A stretch of DNA of 64,000 nucleotides from an uncultured Candidatus Saccharibacteria bacterium (GTDB taxonomy: Bacteria > Patescibacteriota > Saccharimonadia > Saccharimonadales > CAYUUR01), in assembly GCA_964448075.1 (NCBI GenBank), contig CAYUUR010000001.1, positions 129,785-193,784 on the forward strand, in the 5' to 3' direction. The notes below the pieces were generated by a model. That model saw only the letters and a program-made list of their open reading frames with translations. It did no database searches and was not told the origin of the DNA. The translations under genes and the position numbers were made by a program. Positions 19,964 to 27,588 of this stretch are shown one piece after another (position 1 is the first letter of the stretch; every line of letters starts with the position of its first letter).

Positions 19964-21049
19964 CTATTCGTCAGTTGTTGGGCGATCTAAAATGAGTGGC
20001 TCAACCGATGGCGCAGAGTCGGCGATCTTGACCACATCTTTGTCGATCTTTTTCAGTTCCTTATGAGCATTATTGTAGTGATTAACCGTCGTTCCAAGGC
20101 TACCACCGAGCTTCTGCATAAGCAGCTCATACGCTCCGATATGTCGGCCAAGCTCGCCAACGCGCTTCTGAATTTCTTTGGCCTGCTCTTCTATTTGCAA
20201 GCTTCTAAGTCCTTGCAAGACCGTTTGTAGATATGCCATGAAGCTCGTTGGACTAACAATAATCACGTGCTTCTCCGCAAAAGCATACTCAATAAGATCG
20301 CGCGAATTAGTCGCCGTTGTGCCAACCTTATTTATCAGCAAATCATAGTAGAGTGATTCACTTGGGATAAACATGAAAGCAAAATCCATGGTATTCTCGT
20401 TTGGTCGAATATACTTAGCGGTTTCATCAATACGGTTTTTCAGATCAATCTTAAAACGTTTAACCACTGCCTCTTTGGCATCTTTATCTTTTTCTTCTAT
20501 CAATCGATTATAATTCTCTAGGCTAAACTTACTGTCGACAGGCAGAATCTTATCTTTGTCTAGGAAAAGTGCTGCATCGACAACCTCACCATCCGCAAAC
20601 TTATATTGCATCTGGAATCCACCTGGTGGCATGACATTTTCAAGAACACTCTGCAAATAATACTCACCAACCACACCACGCTGCTTTGGGTTTTGGAGCA
20701 CGTTCTGTAACATTTTAAGCTCGTCGGCCACATCTACGACCCGTTTGTTTGTCTCGTCCAACTTAGTGAGTCGTCCGGTTACGTCGGCAATTATTTTGGC
20801 AGTTTGGTCAAACTGTTTCTGGATACTGGTATTGAGCTGGGATTGCGACTGCTGCAGTTTCTCGTTAATGTTTTCATGGAGTGAATCTTTGAGCTCACCG
20901 ACACCTTTGTTTAGGTTGTCGAGGTCCGTTTTGAGTAGCTGTGTGGCTTGATCATTCTTGAGGCCACCGAGTTTTTGATTCAATACCATGATAACAGCGG
21001 CAAAACCGCAAATAACTGCAACTAGTAGTACTACCCCTGTCATATCCAT
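19964..21049 (-). CDS. rmuC: DNA recombination protein RmuC
   Basis: N-terminal TM helix, a long coiled coil, and a C-terminal RmuC-type nuclease-like region (FAFMFIPSESLYYDLL). Confidence 0.8.
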   Translation of the reverse strand: MDMTGVVLLVAVICGFAAVIMVLNQKLGGLKNDQATQLLKTDLDNLNKGVGELKDSLHENINEKLQQSQSQLNTSIQKQFDQTAKIIADVTGRLTKLDETNKRVVDVADELKMLQNVLQNPKQRGVVGEYYLQSVLENVMPPGGFQMQYKFADGEVVDAALFLDKDKILPVDSKFSLENYNRLIEEKDKDAKEAVVKRFKIDLKNRIDETAKYIRPNENTMDFAFMFIPSESLYYDLLINKVGTTATNSRDLIEYAFAEKHVIIVSPTSFMAYLQTVLQGLRSLQIEEQAKEIQKRVGELGRHIGAYELLMQKLGGSLGTTVNHYNNAHKELKKIDKDVVKIADSAPSVEPLILDRPTTDE

Positions 21050-21073
21050 CGTATGCTAATTATAACACTTATG

Positions 21074-21937
21074 CTATTCGTCTGCGTGATCATCGTCGCA
21101 ATCTTGCAACACAACTTCAGTTCCGTCTTTGTTATAGTACGTCACACATTGGTCGCTACTGGCATCTGTGTGTTGCGCGTCAATATACTTGTGTGCCACC
21201 TGTATACTCAACGCAACTACAATTACGCCAAGAAGTAGTAGTATTGGTTGCCAATCTAGGAGTCGTTTTTTCGGTGTGCTTTCGTGAATACCTGGGATGA
21301 TGTCACTCATGGCGATATAGAGCAAGAACCCTGCACTCAAACCAAGCAATAATCCAAGTGGTAATCTTTCTCCTGAACCGAGCGCAAAAGTAACCAGTGC
21401 AGCAGCAGTTGTGGCAAGCGCACTAAAGATATTGACCATCAGAACTTTTTTGCGAGACAGTCCTTTATTTAGCAGTAGCCCGAAGTCACCAATTTCTTGC
21501 GGAATTTCATGCGCTGCCACAGCAATTGTGGTAACAATGCCCGTTGGAACGCTGACTAAAAACGAGGCCGCGATAGCCACACCATCGAGAACATTGTGTA
21601 GCGTATCTCCGATAATCACCAAACTAGTTGAGGGATCAGTTTTACTATCTTCGTGCACATGATGATGGTGAAACCAATGCAAGAACCGCTCAGCAAAGAA
21701 AAATATCACGATTCCAACGAGTGCAGCCATAAGTACCGTGTATGGTTCGGTTGTTTCGATACCTTCGTGAAGCAGATCCAGGAATACTGCCGCAAGCAGC
21801 GCGCCTGCTGCAAAAGGTGTAGCATACTTTGCTAAAGCATTAGCCGTCGACTTCCTCTGCAACAATAAGATACCGCCTATCAAAGAAATCACTCCACCGA
21901 GCAGTGAAAAAATCAGAACATCTAAGTATGTAGCCAT
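21074..21937 (-). CDS. ZIP family metal (zinc) transporter
   Basis: HEIPQEIGDFGLL motif and a His-rich loop (HHHHVHED). AAGGAGA lies upstream. Confidence 0.85.
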   Translation of the reverse strand: MATYLDVLIFSLLGGVISLIGGILLLQRKSTANALAKYATPFAAGALLAAVFLDLLHEGIETTEPYTVLMAALVGIVIFFFAERFLHWFHHHHVHEDSKTDPSTSLVIIGDTLHNVLDGVAIAASFLVSVPTGIVTTIAVAAHEIPQEIGDFGLLLNKGLSRKKVLMVNIFSALATTAAALVTFALGSGERLPLGLLLGLSAGFLLYIAMSDIIPGIHESTPKKRLLDWQPILLLLGVIVVALSIQVAHKYIDAQHTDASSDQCVTYYNKDGTEVVLQDCDDDHADE

Positions 21938-21980
21938 TTGTTATCTCCTTGCTTAAGATCATAGTCGCTCACGATAAAAT

Positions 21981-21997
21981 TTGCAACTTTGTCGCAA
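21981..21997. promoter_or_regulatory. Imperfect inverted repeat, candidate Zur/Fur box over divergent promoters
   Basis: TTGCAAC-TTT-GTCGCAA with one mismatch. It overlaps the -35 TTGCAA (17 nt from TATGAT) of the ZIP gene and sits just upstream of TATAAT (22003-22008) of the Fur-family gene. Confidence 0.35.
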
Positions 21998-22015
21998 TTT
22001 GTTATAATATTGCCT

Positions 22016-22441
22016 ATGTCACCTCAAGAAGCAACCTTTCGGGCTAAACTCCGTGCCAACCAGCAAAGCATCACATCTGCCAGGTTGGCGGTGTTTCGCG
22101 CTCTGTGCAAACAGGAGACAGTAAGTATGCAGCAGCTCGTCAAGTCTCTCGATAATAGTGCTGACCGCGCGAGTGTTTACCGATCAGTGGCACTCTTTGA
22201 ACAGCTAGGAATCGTACAGCGAGTGCAAATCGGGTGGAAATACCAACTTGAACTAAGCGACAACTACAATCCTCATCATCATCACATTCATTGCATAGAC
22301 TGCGGCAAGCTTAGTGCCTTGCCTGAAGAGACTCAATTAGAAGAAATGATCAAGAAGATAGCCCGCAGAGCAGGATATAGTCTGACGAGTCATCAGCTCG
22401 AGTTAACAGGGCGATGTCAGGAATGTTCACACAAAAAATGA
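22016..22441 (+). CDS. Fur family transcriptional regulator (Zur-like)
   Basis: Winged-helix N-terminus, HHHHIHCIDCG and a C-terminal CQEC metal site. ATG 22016 lies 7 nt after TATAAT. Divergent from the ZIP transporter gene. Confidence 0.85.
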   Translation: MSPQEATFRAKLRANQQSITSARLAVFRALCKQETVSMQQLVKSLDNSADRASVYRSVALFEQLGIVQRVQIGWKYQLELSDNYNPHHHHIHCIDCGKLSALPEETQLEEMIKKIARRAGYSLTSHQLELTGRCQECSHKK

Positions 22442-22463
22442 GCTGGGCGGTGATGCCCAGCTC
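22433..22463 (-). terminator. Intrinsic terminator downstream of the PAP2 gene
   Basis: GAGCTGGGC-GGTGAT-GCCCAGCTC gives a 9-bp stem. On the minus strand it is followed by AUUUUUU. It overlaps the last codons of the Fur-family gene. Confidence 0.5.
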
Positions 22464-22522
22464 GATTGGGAAGTCTCTCACTTCCACACTTAGCATAAGC
22501 CTATTAGGACGGCCGTGCAAGT

Positions 22523-23110
22523 CTATTTTTTAGTGTCAGGGTAGACTTTTTTGACGGCAAATACTGCCAAATAACCGATAGCAAAACCACCGACTAAATC
22601 AAGCGGCGCATGGACGCCAAGAGCAATCCGCGATAAGCCCACAGCCACAATAACAAGTCCTATCATCCAACGAAACTGCTTAGGAACATAAGGTAGTAAC
22701 AGGAGCCCCATAACGGTAGCGAGTGCTGTGTGTCCAGATGGAAAACCAGAGCCATGCACTAAAACCTCTGAATTGCTGACTGCCTCAAAAAGGTCGAAGG
22801 GCCGCGGCCGGCCGATCGCTAGCTTCAGTACAGCGGTAGCAAATATGCTCAACCCACCACCAATCAGCAGTTGCCAGGAAAGCCTGCGAAACCTAGCCGC
22901 AAACGCCACCACAATGCTAACCAACCACATCGCAATTGTTCCAAGTTGCGTAAGCAGTAAAAACAGCTGACTGAAGGGGTTCATCAAGTCATACAGCGTC
23001 GTGAACAAGCTTTGTTCAACTGAACTCATGGCCGGGATAGAAAGCAAGGCGGACACAAACAATAAGGCAACCGCAATTATTGGCATTTTTTTACTAATTC
23101 TTTGCCGCAT
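22523..23110 (-). CDS. PAP2 superfamily phosphatase (undecaprenyl-diphosphatase-like)
   Basis: KLAIGRPRP, PSGH and SRIALGVHAPLD are the three PAP2 motifs. Membrane protein. Confidence 0.8.
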   Translation of the reverse strand: MRQRISKKMPIIAVALLFVSALLSIPAMSSVEQSLFTTLYDLMNPFSQLFLLLTQLGTIAMWLVSIVVAFAARFRRLSWQLLIGGGLSIFATAVLKLAIGRPRPFDLFEAVSNSEVLVHGSGFPSGHTALATVMGLLLLPYVPKQFRWMIGLVIVAVGLSRIALGVHAPLDLVGGFAIGYLAVFAVKKVYPDTKK

Positions 23111-23206
23111 CGTCTACAGTATACCTTATGCTTATCCATAAAGATTCCTGTCATTAATCATACTCACGGCATGCTAGTATACACATAGGAAAGGAGTCCT
23201 GGCGCC

Positions 23207-24097
23207 ATCAAGTATTCAGCAGTTATTATCATATACAACCCCAACAGCACGAGTGGGCTTGCAGAGACTAAGGCCGGGCGGCTCAAGACGCGCCTGACAA
23301 AACGCGGCATAGAGCATGTCAAACTTATCAAAACTGAGTACGCAGGTCACGCTGAAGCTATCGCCTACCAGCAGACACGCAAATACCCTCGCCCGCTCCT
23401 CGTTTCGGTGAGCGGTGACGGAGGCTACAACGAAGTAGTCAACGGCGCGTTGCTGGCGCAAGAACAAACCGGCCATCAGCCAACCTGCTGTATTCTGGCC
23501 GCGGGCAACGCCAATGATCATCGCCGTAGCGTCAAAAAACAACCGCTCAGTCGAGCAATTGTCAAAGCCGAGCCAGAAGCTGTCGACATTTTAAAAATGA
23601 CGGTGCGCTATGGTTCCACGACTATCGTTCGTTATGCTCATTCATACATCGGCTTTGGATTCACCAGTCACGTTGCAGATGAACTCAACCAGGCGCGTCT
23701 TACCCGGCTCAAAGAAATTGGTATCGTACTGCGAGCATTCTTTAACTTTGAACCAACTCTGATCGCCATGCCTGAGGGCCGTATTCGTAAGGTCGACAGC
23801 TTAGTCTTTGCCAACATTCATCAAATGGCCAAAATGGTGCGGATCGGCAAAAAAACCAACCTCCACAACGGCCAGTTCAAAATGGTTTTCTTCCCACACC
23901 AAACACGGCTTAAGTTCATTATTAATCTACTAAGGACAACCATACTCGGTGTCAGGAAGCCCGTGCAGCAACAAGCCTTCACCTGTGCCTTACCAAAAAC
24001 GACATTAGTACATCTGGACGGAGAAGTGCAAACCATCCCTGGCGGATCACAAGTTATCATTGAATCGGCCGCAGGCGGTCTGCAAACTGTCCGATAA
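23207..24097 (+). CDS. Diacylglycerol-kinase-like lipid kinase (YegS/BmrU family), start codon non-canonical or missing
   Basis: The ORF caller starts at GTG 23408 inside the GDGG motif (VSVSGDGGYNEVVNG). The in-frame upstream codons encode the expected N-terminal strand (K)YSAVIIIYNPNSTSG...TEYAGHAE. No ATG, GTG or TTG lies between the TAG at 23186 and 23408. ATC 23207 lies 10 nt after AGGAG. Confidence 0.7.
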   Translation: MKYSAVIIIYNPNSTSGLAETKAGRLKTRLTKRGIEHVKLIKTEYAGHAEAIAYQQTRKYPRPLLVSVSGDGGYNEVVNGALLAQEQTGHQPTCCILAAGNANDHRRSVKKQPLSRAIVKAEPEAVDILKMTVRYGSTTIVRYAHSYIGFGFTSHVADELNQARLTRLKEIGIVLRAFFNFEPTLIAMPEGRIRKVDSLVFANIHQMAKMVRIGKKTNLHNGQFKMVFFPHQTRLKFIINLLRTTILGVRKPVQQQAFTCALPKTTLVHLDGEVQTIPGGSQVIIESAAGGLQTVR

Positions 24098-24143
24098 TTA
24101 CTTGTTGCTACAAGCAATTAAACTATTCGTATAACGCCTCTCG

Positions 24144-24686
24144 TCAAGGTGAAAGTACTTGGCCAGACAGCATGGCAATTATCATAAGTGCCGCCATGAC
24201 AGCCATGATCAAATCCTCTAATAGGGTTACTGTAGACAGCGGTAGCTTGATAATGCCACCGAGACACGCACAATGAAACGTTGGACCGCGCTGCATAAGG
24301 CCTTTGGCCACTCCATAAGCGCCGACAAGCATGATAACGAGTGTAATAACATCACGTAACAGCGGTGCAATATCCAGTACGAAAGCGACGCCAAGACTGA
24401 GTTCAATAAATGGATATAGGTATGTGTACAGTTTGTATCTTTTACCAATGATGTCATAGCGCGGAAACATCTGCACAAAGTGCTCATAACCAATCAGTTT
24501 AAAGCTACCGAATACTAAGAAAAATCCAGCCATAAACCAACGCATCCAGTCCGTCCAGTGGAATTCCACGGTAGTACTCATAACGGTTGCAGCCGCGGCT
24601 AACAGGACAAAAATAACGGCCAGTTTAGCGTATTCTTTTTTGCTGCTTTCTGTTTCTGCGTGCCTGCTGTGACGTCTCATGTTCAT
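24144..24686 (-). CDS. MauE/DoxX-like membrane protein
   Basis: Four TM helices and a CACLGG motif in the third helix. The family call is from memory only. Confidence 0.4.
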   Translation of the reverse strand: MNMRRHSRHAETESSKKEYAKLAVIFVLLAAAATVMSTTVEFHWTDWMRWFMAGFFLVFGSFKLIGYEHFVQMFPRYDIIGKRYKLYTYLYPFIELSLGVAFVLDIAPLLRDVITLVIMLVGAYGVAKGLMQRGPTFHCACLGGIIKLPLSTVTLLEDLIMAVMAALMIIAMLSGQVLSP

Positions 24687-24700
24687 ATTGTAACACCAGC

Positions 24701-26497
24701 CTACCAGCCGCCGCCTCCACCGCCGCCGCCTCCACCACCAGAGGAACCGCCACCGCCCGAAAAACCACTTGAGCCAGAACTACTCGGCGCCGTAAAAGTA
24801 CTCGCGGCAGCCGCATTGAAACTGTGCAACGAGCCAACGATATAACCCGTTCTGAATGCAGATGTATTACCCTGATACCATTCAGGAGGTTCACTATAAA
24901 GATCCTTAAACTGTTCTACCCACTGTTTTTCTAAACCAAAGAGCATAGCATATGGGAGTAGCGTCTCGAACAGCTTAACCTGTGTGGAGTGCTTCCCGGT
25001 CTGCCCATATTGTTTGACTCCCTGTGGTGACTGCAGGAAAGCAATACGATCTTTCTCGGCAAGTTTAATATAGGCTTTAAGTCCAAGAAGGTACTCCTTG
25101 GTTTCAACTCCTTTCACTGAGCGAGCGGGCATCGTTCGTGCCGCAAACATCATAATCAGTCCAGATGCAATCAAACCAATCCCAAAAGGCGTCAAGACAA
25201 CAGTAAAGGCAAGCATAAAGCCGATCAGAGCCGCAAGCACACCACCAATCAAAAAAACCTTCGGCGTCTTAATTGGATCATTGGCAAAGTAGCCGTCCGC
25301 GTACAACGACTGCATGGTTTGCTTATGTATTTTAGCAACATCACCGTAAAGTTTGTTTTTTAGAGACTTCATGTCCACTTTCTGACCTTGCGTTGGCGCC
25401 TTGCCAAACAAACCCTGGACCAGCAGTAACTGCTCCGGCGTCAGGCCTTCTAGGGGTTTTACTAACTCAACACTATACTCGGGCTTACCATGTTTCTTGT
25501 CTGACGCAATCTCGTGAATTATCAGATACTTTGCAATGGCAAGTTCGATAATCGCTGCCGTTATTGCCGTTGTCCGCACTTTCTCCTGCATGATACCTTC
25601 GCTCGTGATGGCATTCAGACCTTTTGGAGGGGTGTATTGCGGAACGATGACGCCACTACCTTTTGGATCCTTACCAGACTTACGCCACCGATTTACTAGC
25701 CAAATTACCGTAACTAGCGGCGCAATAACTATAGGAGACAGGAACAGCAGTGGACTGATAACTTCCCATAACGACGGCTGATATGGGCTGAATGTGTTTT
25801 TCTCAAAGCCCATGACAAAGGAAAGGTTTTGACCCGGCAGCAAGTTGGCTGCACGTACGTTAACAATCGTGTTGTCATTTTCTACCGATTGAGTAATCTC
25901 ACAGTTGCTTGCCGTCGAACCCATAGCGCCAGTAAAGCACTTTGGAGACTTACTGATAGATTCTGCCAATCCATTAGGTATATGTACGCGTGCGGCAACC
26001 GAGCCAAACGGCTGCATCCACTCGGTGCCGTTCACATCCCAGAACCACTCATCATGTTCATCGTAGTATGTAATAACATCCCGCATGGTGTAACTAATCA
26101 CATATGTGGTTTCACCGTGGACGTATTTGTTAGCATCGCCAATCTTTAGCACAAGGTTATCGTTCTGTGTACTGCTTGAATAGGGGTACTCATTGCCGAG
26201 CTGGTCAGTCACACCGATGACCTTTAGTTTAAGGCTATTGTCCTCGTACTTTTTTGGTATTGCGCGCAAGATGCCGTGGTTTTGATCGTACTTAGGGAAC
26301 ACCGCTGTTATACGCTCTTCTACACGTAACTCTGCCTCGTTGTCAGCATTCCTGCCCAGGTAATAATCAGCTGTGAATGACTTAATATCAAAGTCTTGAA
26401 CGTTTTGAGCGCGCGCCGAACGCATAGACGCTAGACTAAATACCAGGGAAAGTACCAATACCGGCAAAAACAATAACAGCCTTAAGCGTTTCATCAT
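24701..26497 (-). CDS. DUF2207-type membrane protein with C-terminal poly-Gly tail
   Basis: Signal peptide, a large extracytoplasmic N-domain, a TM cluster, and a C-terminus ending SSGSSGFSGGGGSSGGGGGGGGGGGW, typical of this family. Confidence 0.7.
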   Translation of the reverse strand: MMKRLRLLLFLPVLVLSLVFSLASMRSARAQNVQDFDIKSFTADYYLGRNADNEAELRVEERITAVFPKYDQNHGILRAIPKKYEDNSLKLKVIGVTDQLGNEYPYSSSTQNDNLVLKIGDANKYVHGETTYVISYTMRDVITYYDEHDEWFWDVNGTEWMQPFGSVAARVHIPNGLAESISKSPKCFTGAMGSTASNCEITQSVENDNTIVNVRAANLLPGQNLSFVMGFEKNTFSPYQPSLWEVISPLLFLSPIVIAPLVTVIWLVNRWRKSGKDPKGSGVIVPQYTPPKGLNAITSEGIMQEKVRTTAITAAIIELAIAKYLIIHEIASDKKHGKPEYSVELVKPLEGLTPEQLLLVQGLFGKAPTQGQKVDMKSLKNKLYGDVAKIHKQTMQSLYADGYFANDPIKTPKVFLIGGVLAALIGFMLAFTVVLTPFGIGLIASGLIMMFAARTMPARSVKGVETKEYLLGLKAYIKLAEKDRIAFLQSPQGVKQYGQTGKHSTQVKLFETLLPYAMLFGLEKQWVEQFKDLYSEPPEWYQGNTSAFRTGYIVGSLHSFNAAAASTFTAPSSSGSSGFSGGGGSSGGGGGGGGGGGW

Positions 26498-26550
26498 ACT
26501 CCACTATACGCCGTTTTTGGGCGCTGAACTACCATAATCTACACAAAGAA

Positions 26551-26907
26551 TTACGATTGCTCGTCATACTCGCTGATCTTGCTGTTGATATAACCAATGA
26601 GTGCCGAGAAACCCCAAGCAATTAATCCATACACAATTATTGCAAATAGTGCTGAGACATCTAAGTAACCTGTTTCGCCGACTGCTTTGGGCGGAAAGAT
26701 ACCACGAAACGGCTGCAGAAAGTCGGTCGAAGTCGTATAAATAAACTTCACAAATGGTGAGCTATCGTTTGCGGAAAATGCCAGCAGAAATACACGGAAT
26801 CCAAGCACAATCTCAGCGAAGATGACGTAGGCATACATCGCATATGTCAGAACTTTACCCACGTTAAGATATGTTGGTACCTCTGATGTTGTTTGTTTCT
26901 TAGCCAT
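26551..26907 (-). CDS. YggT-like small membrane protein
   Basis: LQPFRGIFPP...GYLDVSALFAIIVY resembles the YggT repeat motif. Confidence 0.45.
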   Translation of the reverse strand: MAKKQTTSEVPTYLNVGKVLTYAMYAYVIFAEIVLGFRVFLLAFSANDSSPFVKFIYTTSTDFLQPFRGIFPPKAVGETGYLDVSALFAIIVYGLIAWGFSALIGYINSKISEYDEQS

Positions 26908-26958
26908 AGAACCCTCCTCGTCAAGCTGACAGATTATTTATGGCAGTAGTATACCACC

Positions 26959-27576
26959 CTACTGTTGGCCAGTAATATCACTCGGACGCAGCGCATCCCA
27001 GTCAACTGAACTGAGCACATCGTCAGCTAGACTCTGTACACCTGGGTCACGCCATTCTAACCAGGCTTCTTCCAAACTGCCATAGGCCAAGCCAATACCC
27101 TGACTAACACCGTCAGCATAAGCTGGCAGCTGATCCATACTTAGTAACTCAGCTGTTGGAAGCAAATATTCGCAGCGGCGCCAACTATGCACCGTAAACG
27201 TTCCGACAGCCGCCCATCTTTCCGATTGCGCTGTCTTCTCAAGCACCGTAGGGATCGGCAAATCGTAAACAACTTCCTTGAAGCCCGGCAGATTGCCAAA
27301 AAGAGCCAGTTGACTAGCTGCAGCCATTACCACATCTGAACCTGCTTGCAACCCCAGACGTCGACGCATGTCATTATGACGATCGCCATTCTCGGGCAAG
27401 AGAGACACTACTGCATCTCCAAAACGATCCAATTTTTGATTACGCACACCCCGAAGAATCTCATCGAGAGCATTGTGACCGCCTGCAATTAGCTTAGCCT
27501 CAATAATCTGCACCTCTTGGCGTAACGGAATCTCAGGAGACGGAAAGTTGTTTATATCATACTCGCGTGCCGACAT
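26959..27576 (-). CDS. Hypothetical protein (205 aa)
   Basis: ORF lying 12 nt downstream of the 726-aa orphan gene, operon-like. It ends in the motif SSVDWDALRPSD. Confidence 0.5.
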   Translation of the reverse strand: MSAREYDINNFPSPEIPLRQEVQIIEAKLIAGGHNALDEILRGVRNQKLDRFGDAVVSLLPENGDRHNDMRRRLGLQAGSDVVMAAASQLALFGNLPGFKEVVYDLPIPTVLEKTAQSERWAAVGTFTVHSWRRCEYLLPTAELLSMDQLPAYADGVSQGIGLAYGSLEEAWLEWRDPGVQSLADDVLSSVDWDALRPSDITGQQ

Positions 27577-27588
27577 AGTACGTTTGCT

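Noticed and set aside
23216-23542. A 108-aa minus-strand ORF.
   Set aside because: It is antisense to the conserved N-terminal region of the DAG-kinase-like gene, has no motif and no RBS.
24660-24845. A 61-aa ORF encoding a poly-proline run (PPPPPPPPPPPEEPPPPEKP).
   Set aside because: It is the antisense reading of the Gly-rich C-terminal tail of the DUF2207-type protein (24701..26497). The low-complexity complement explains it.
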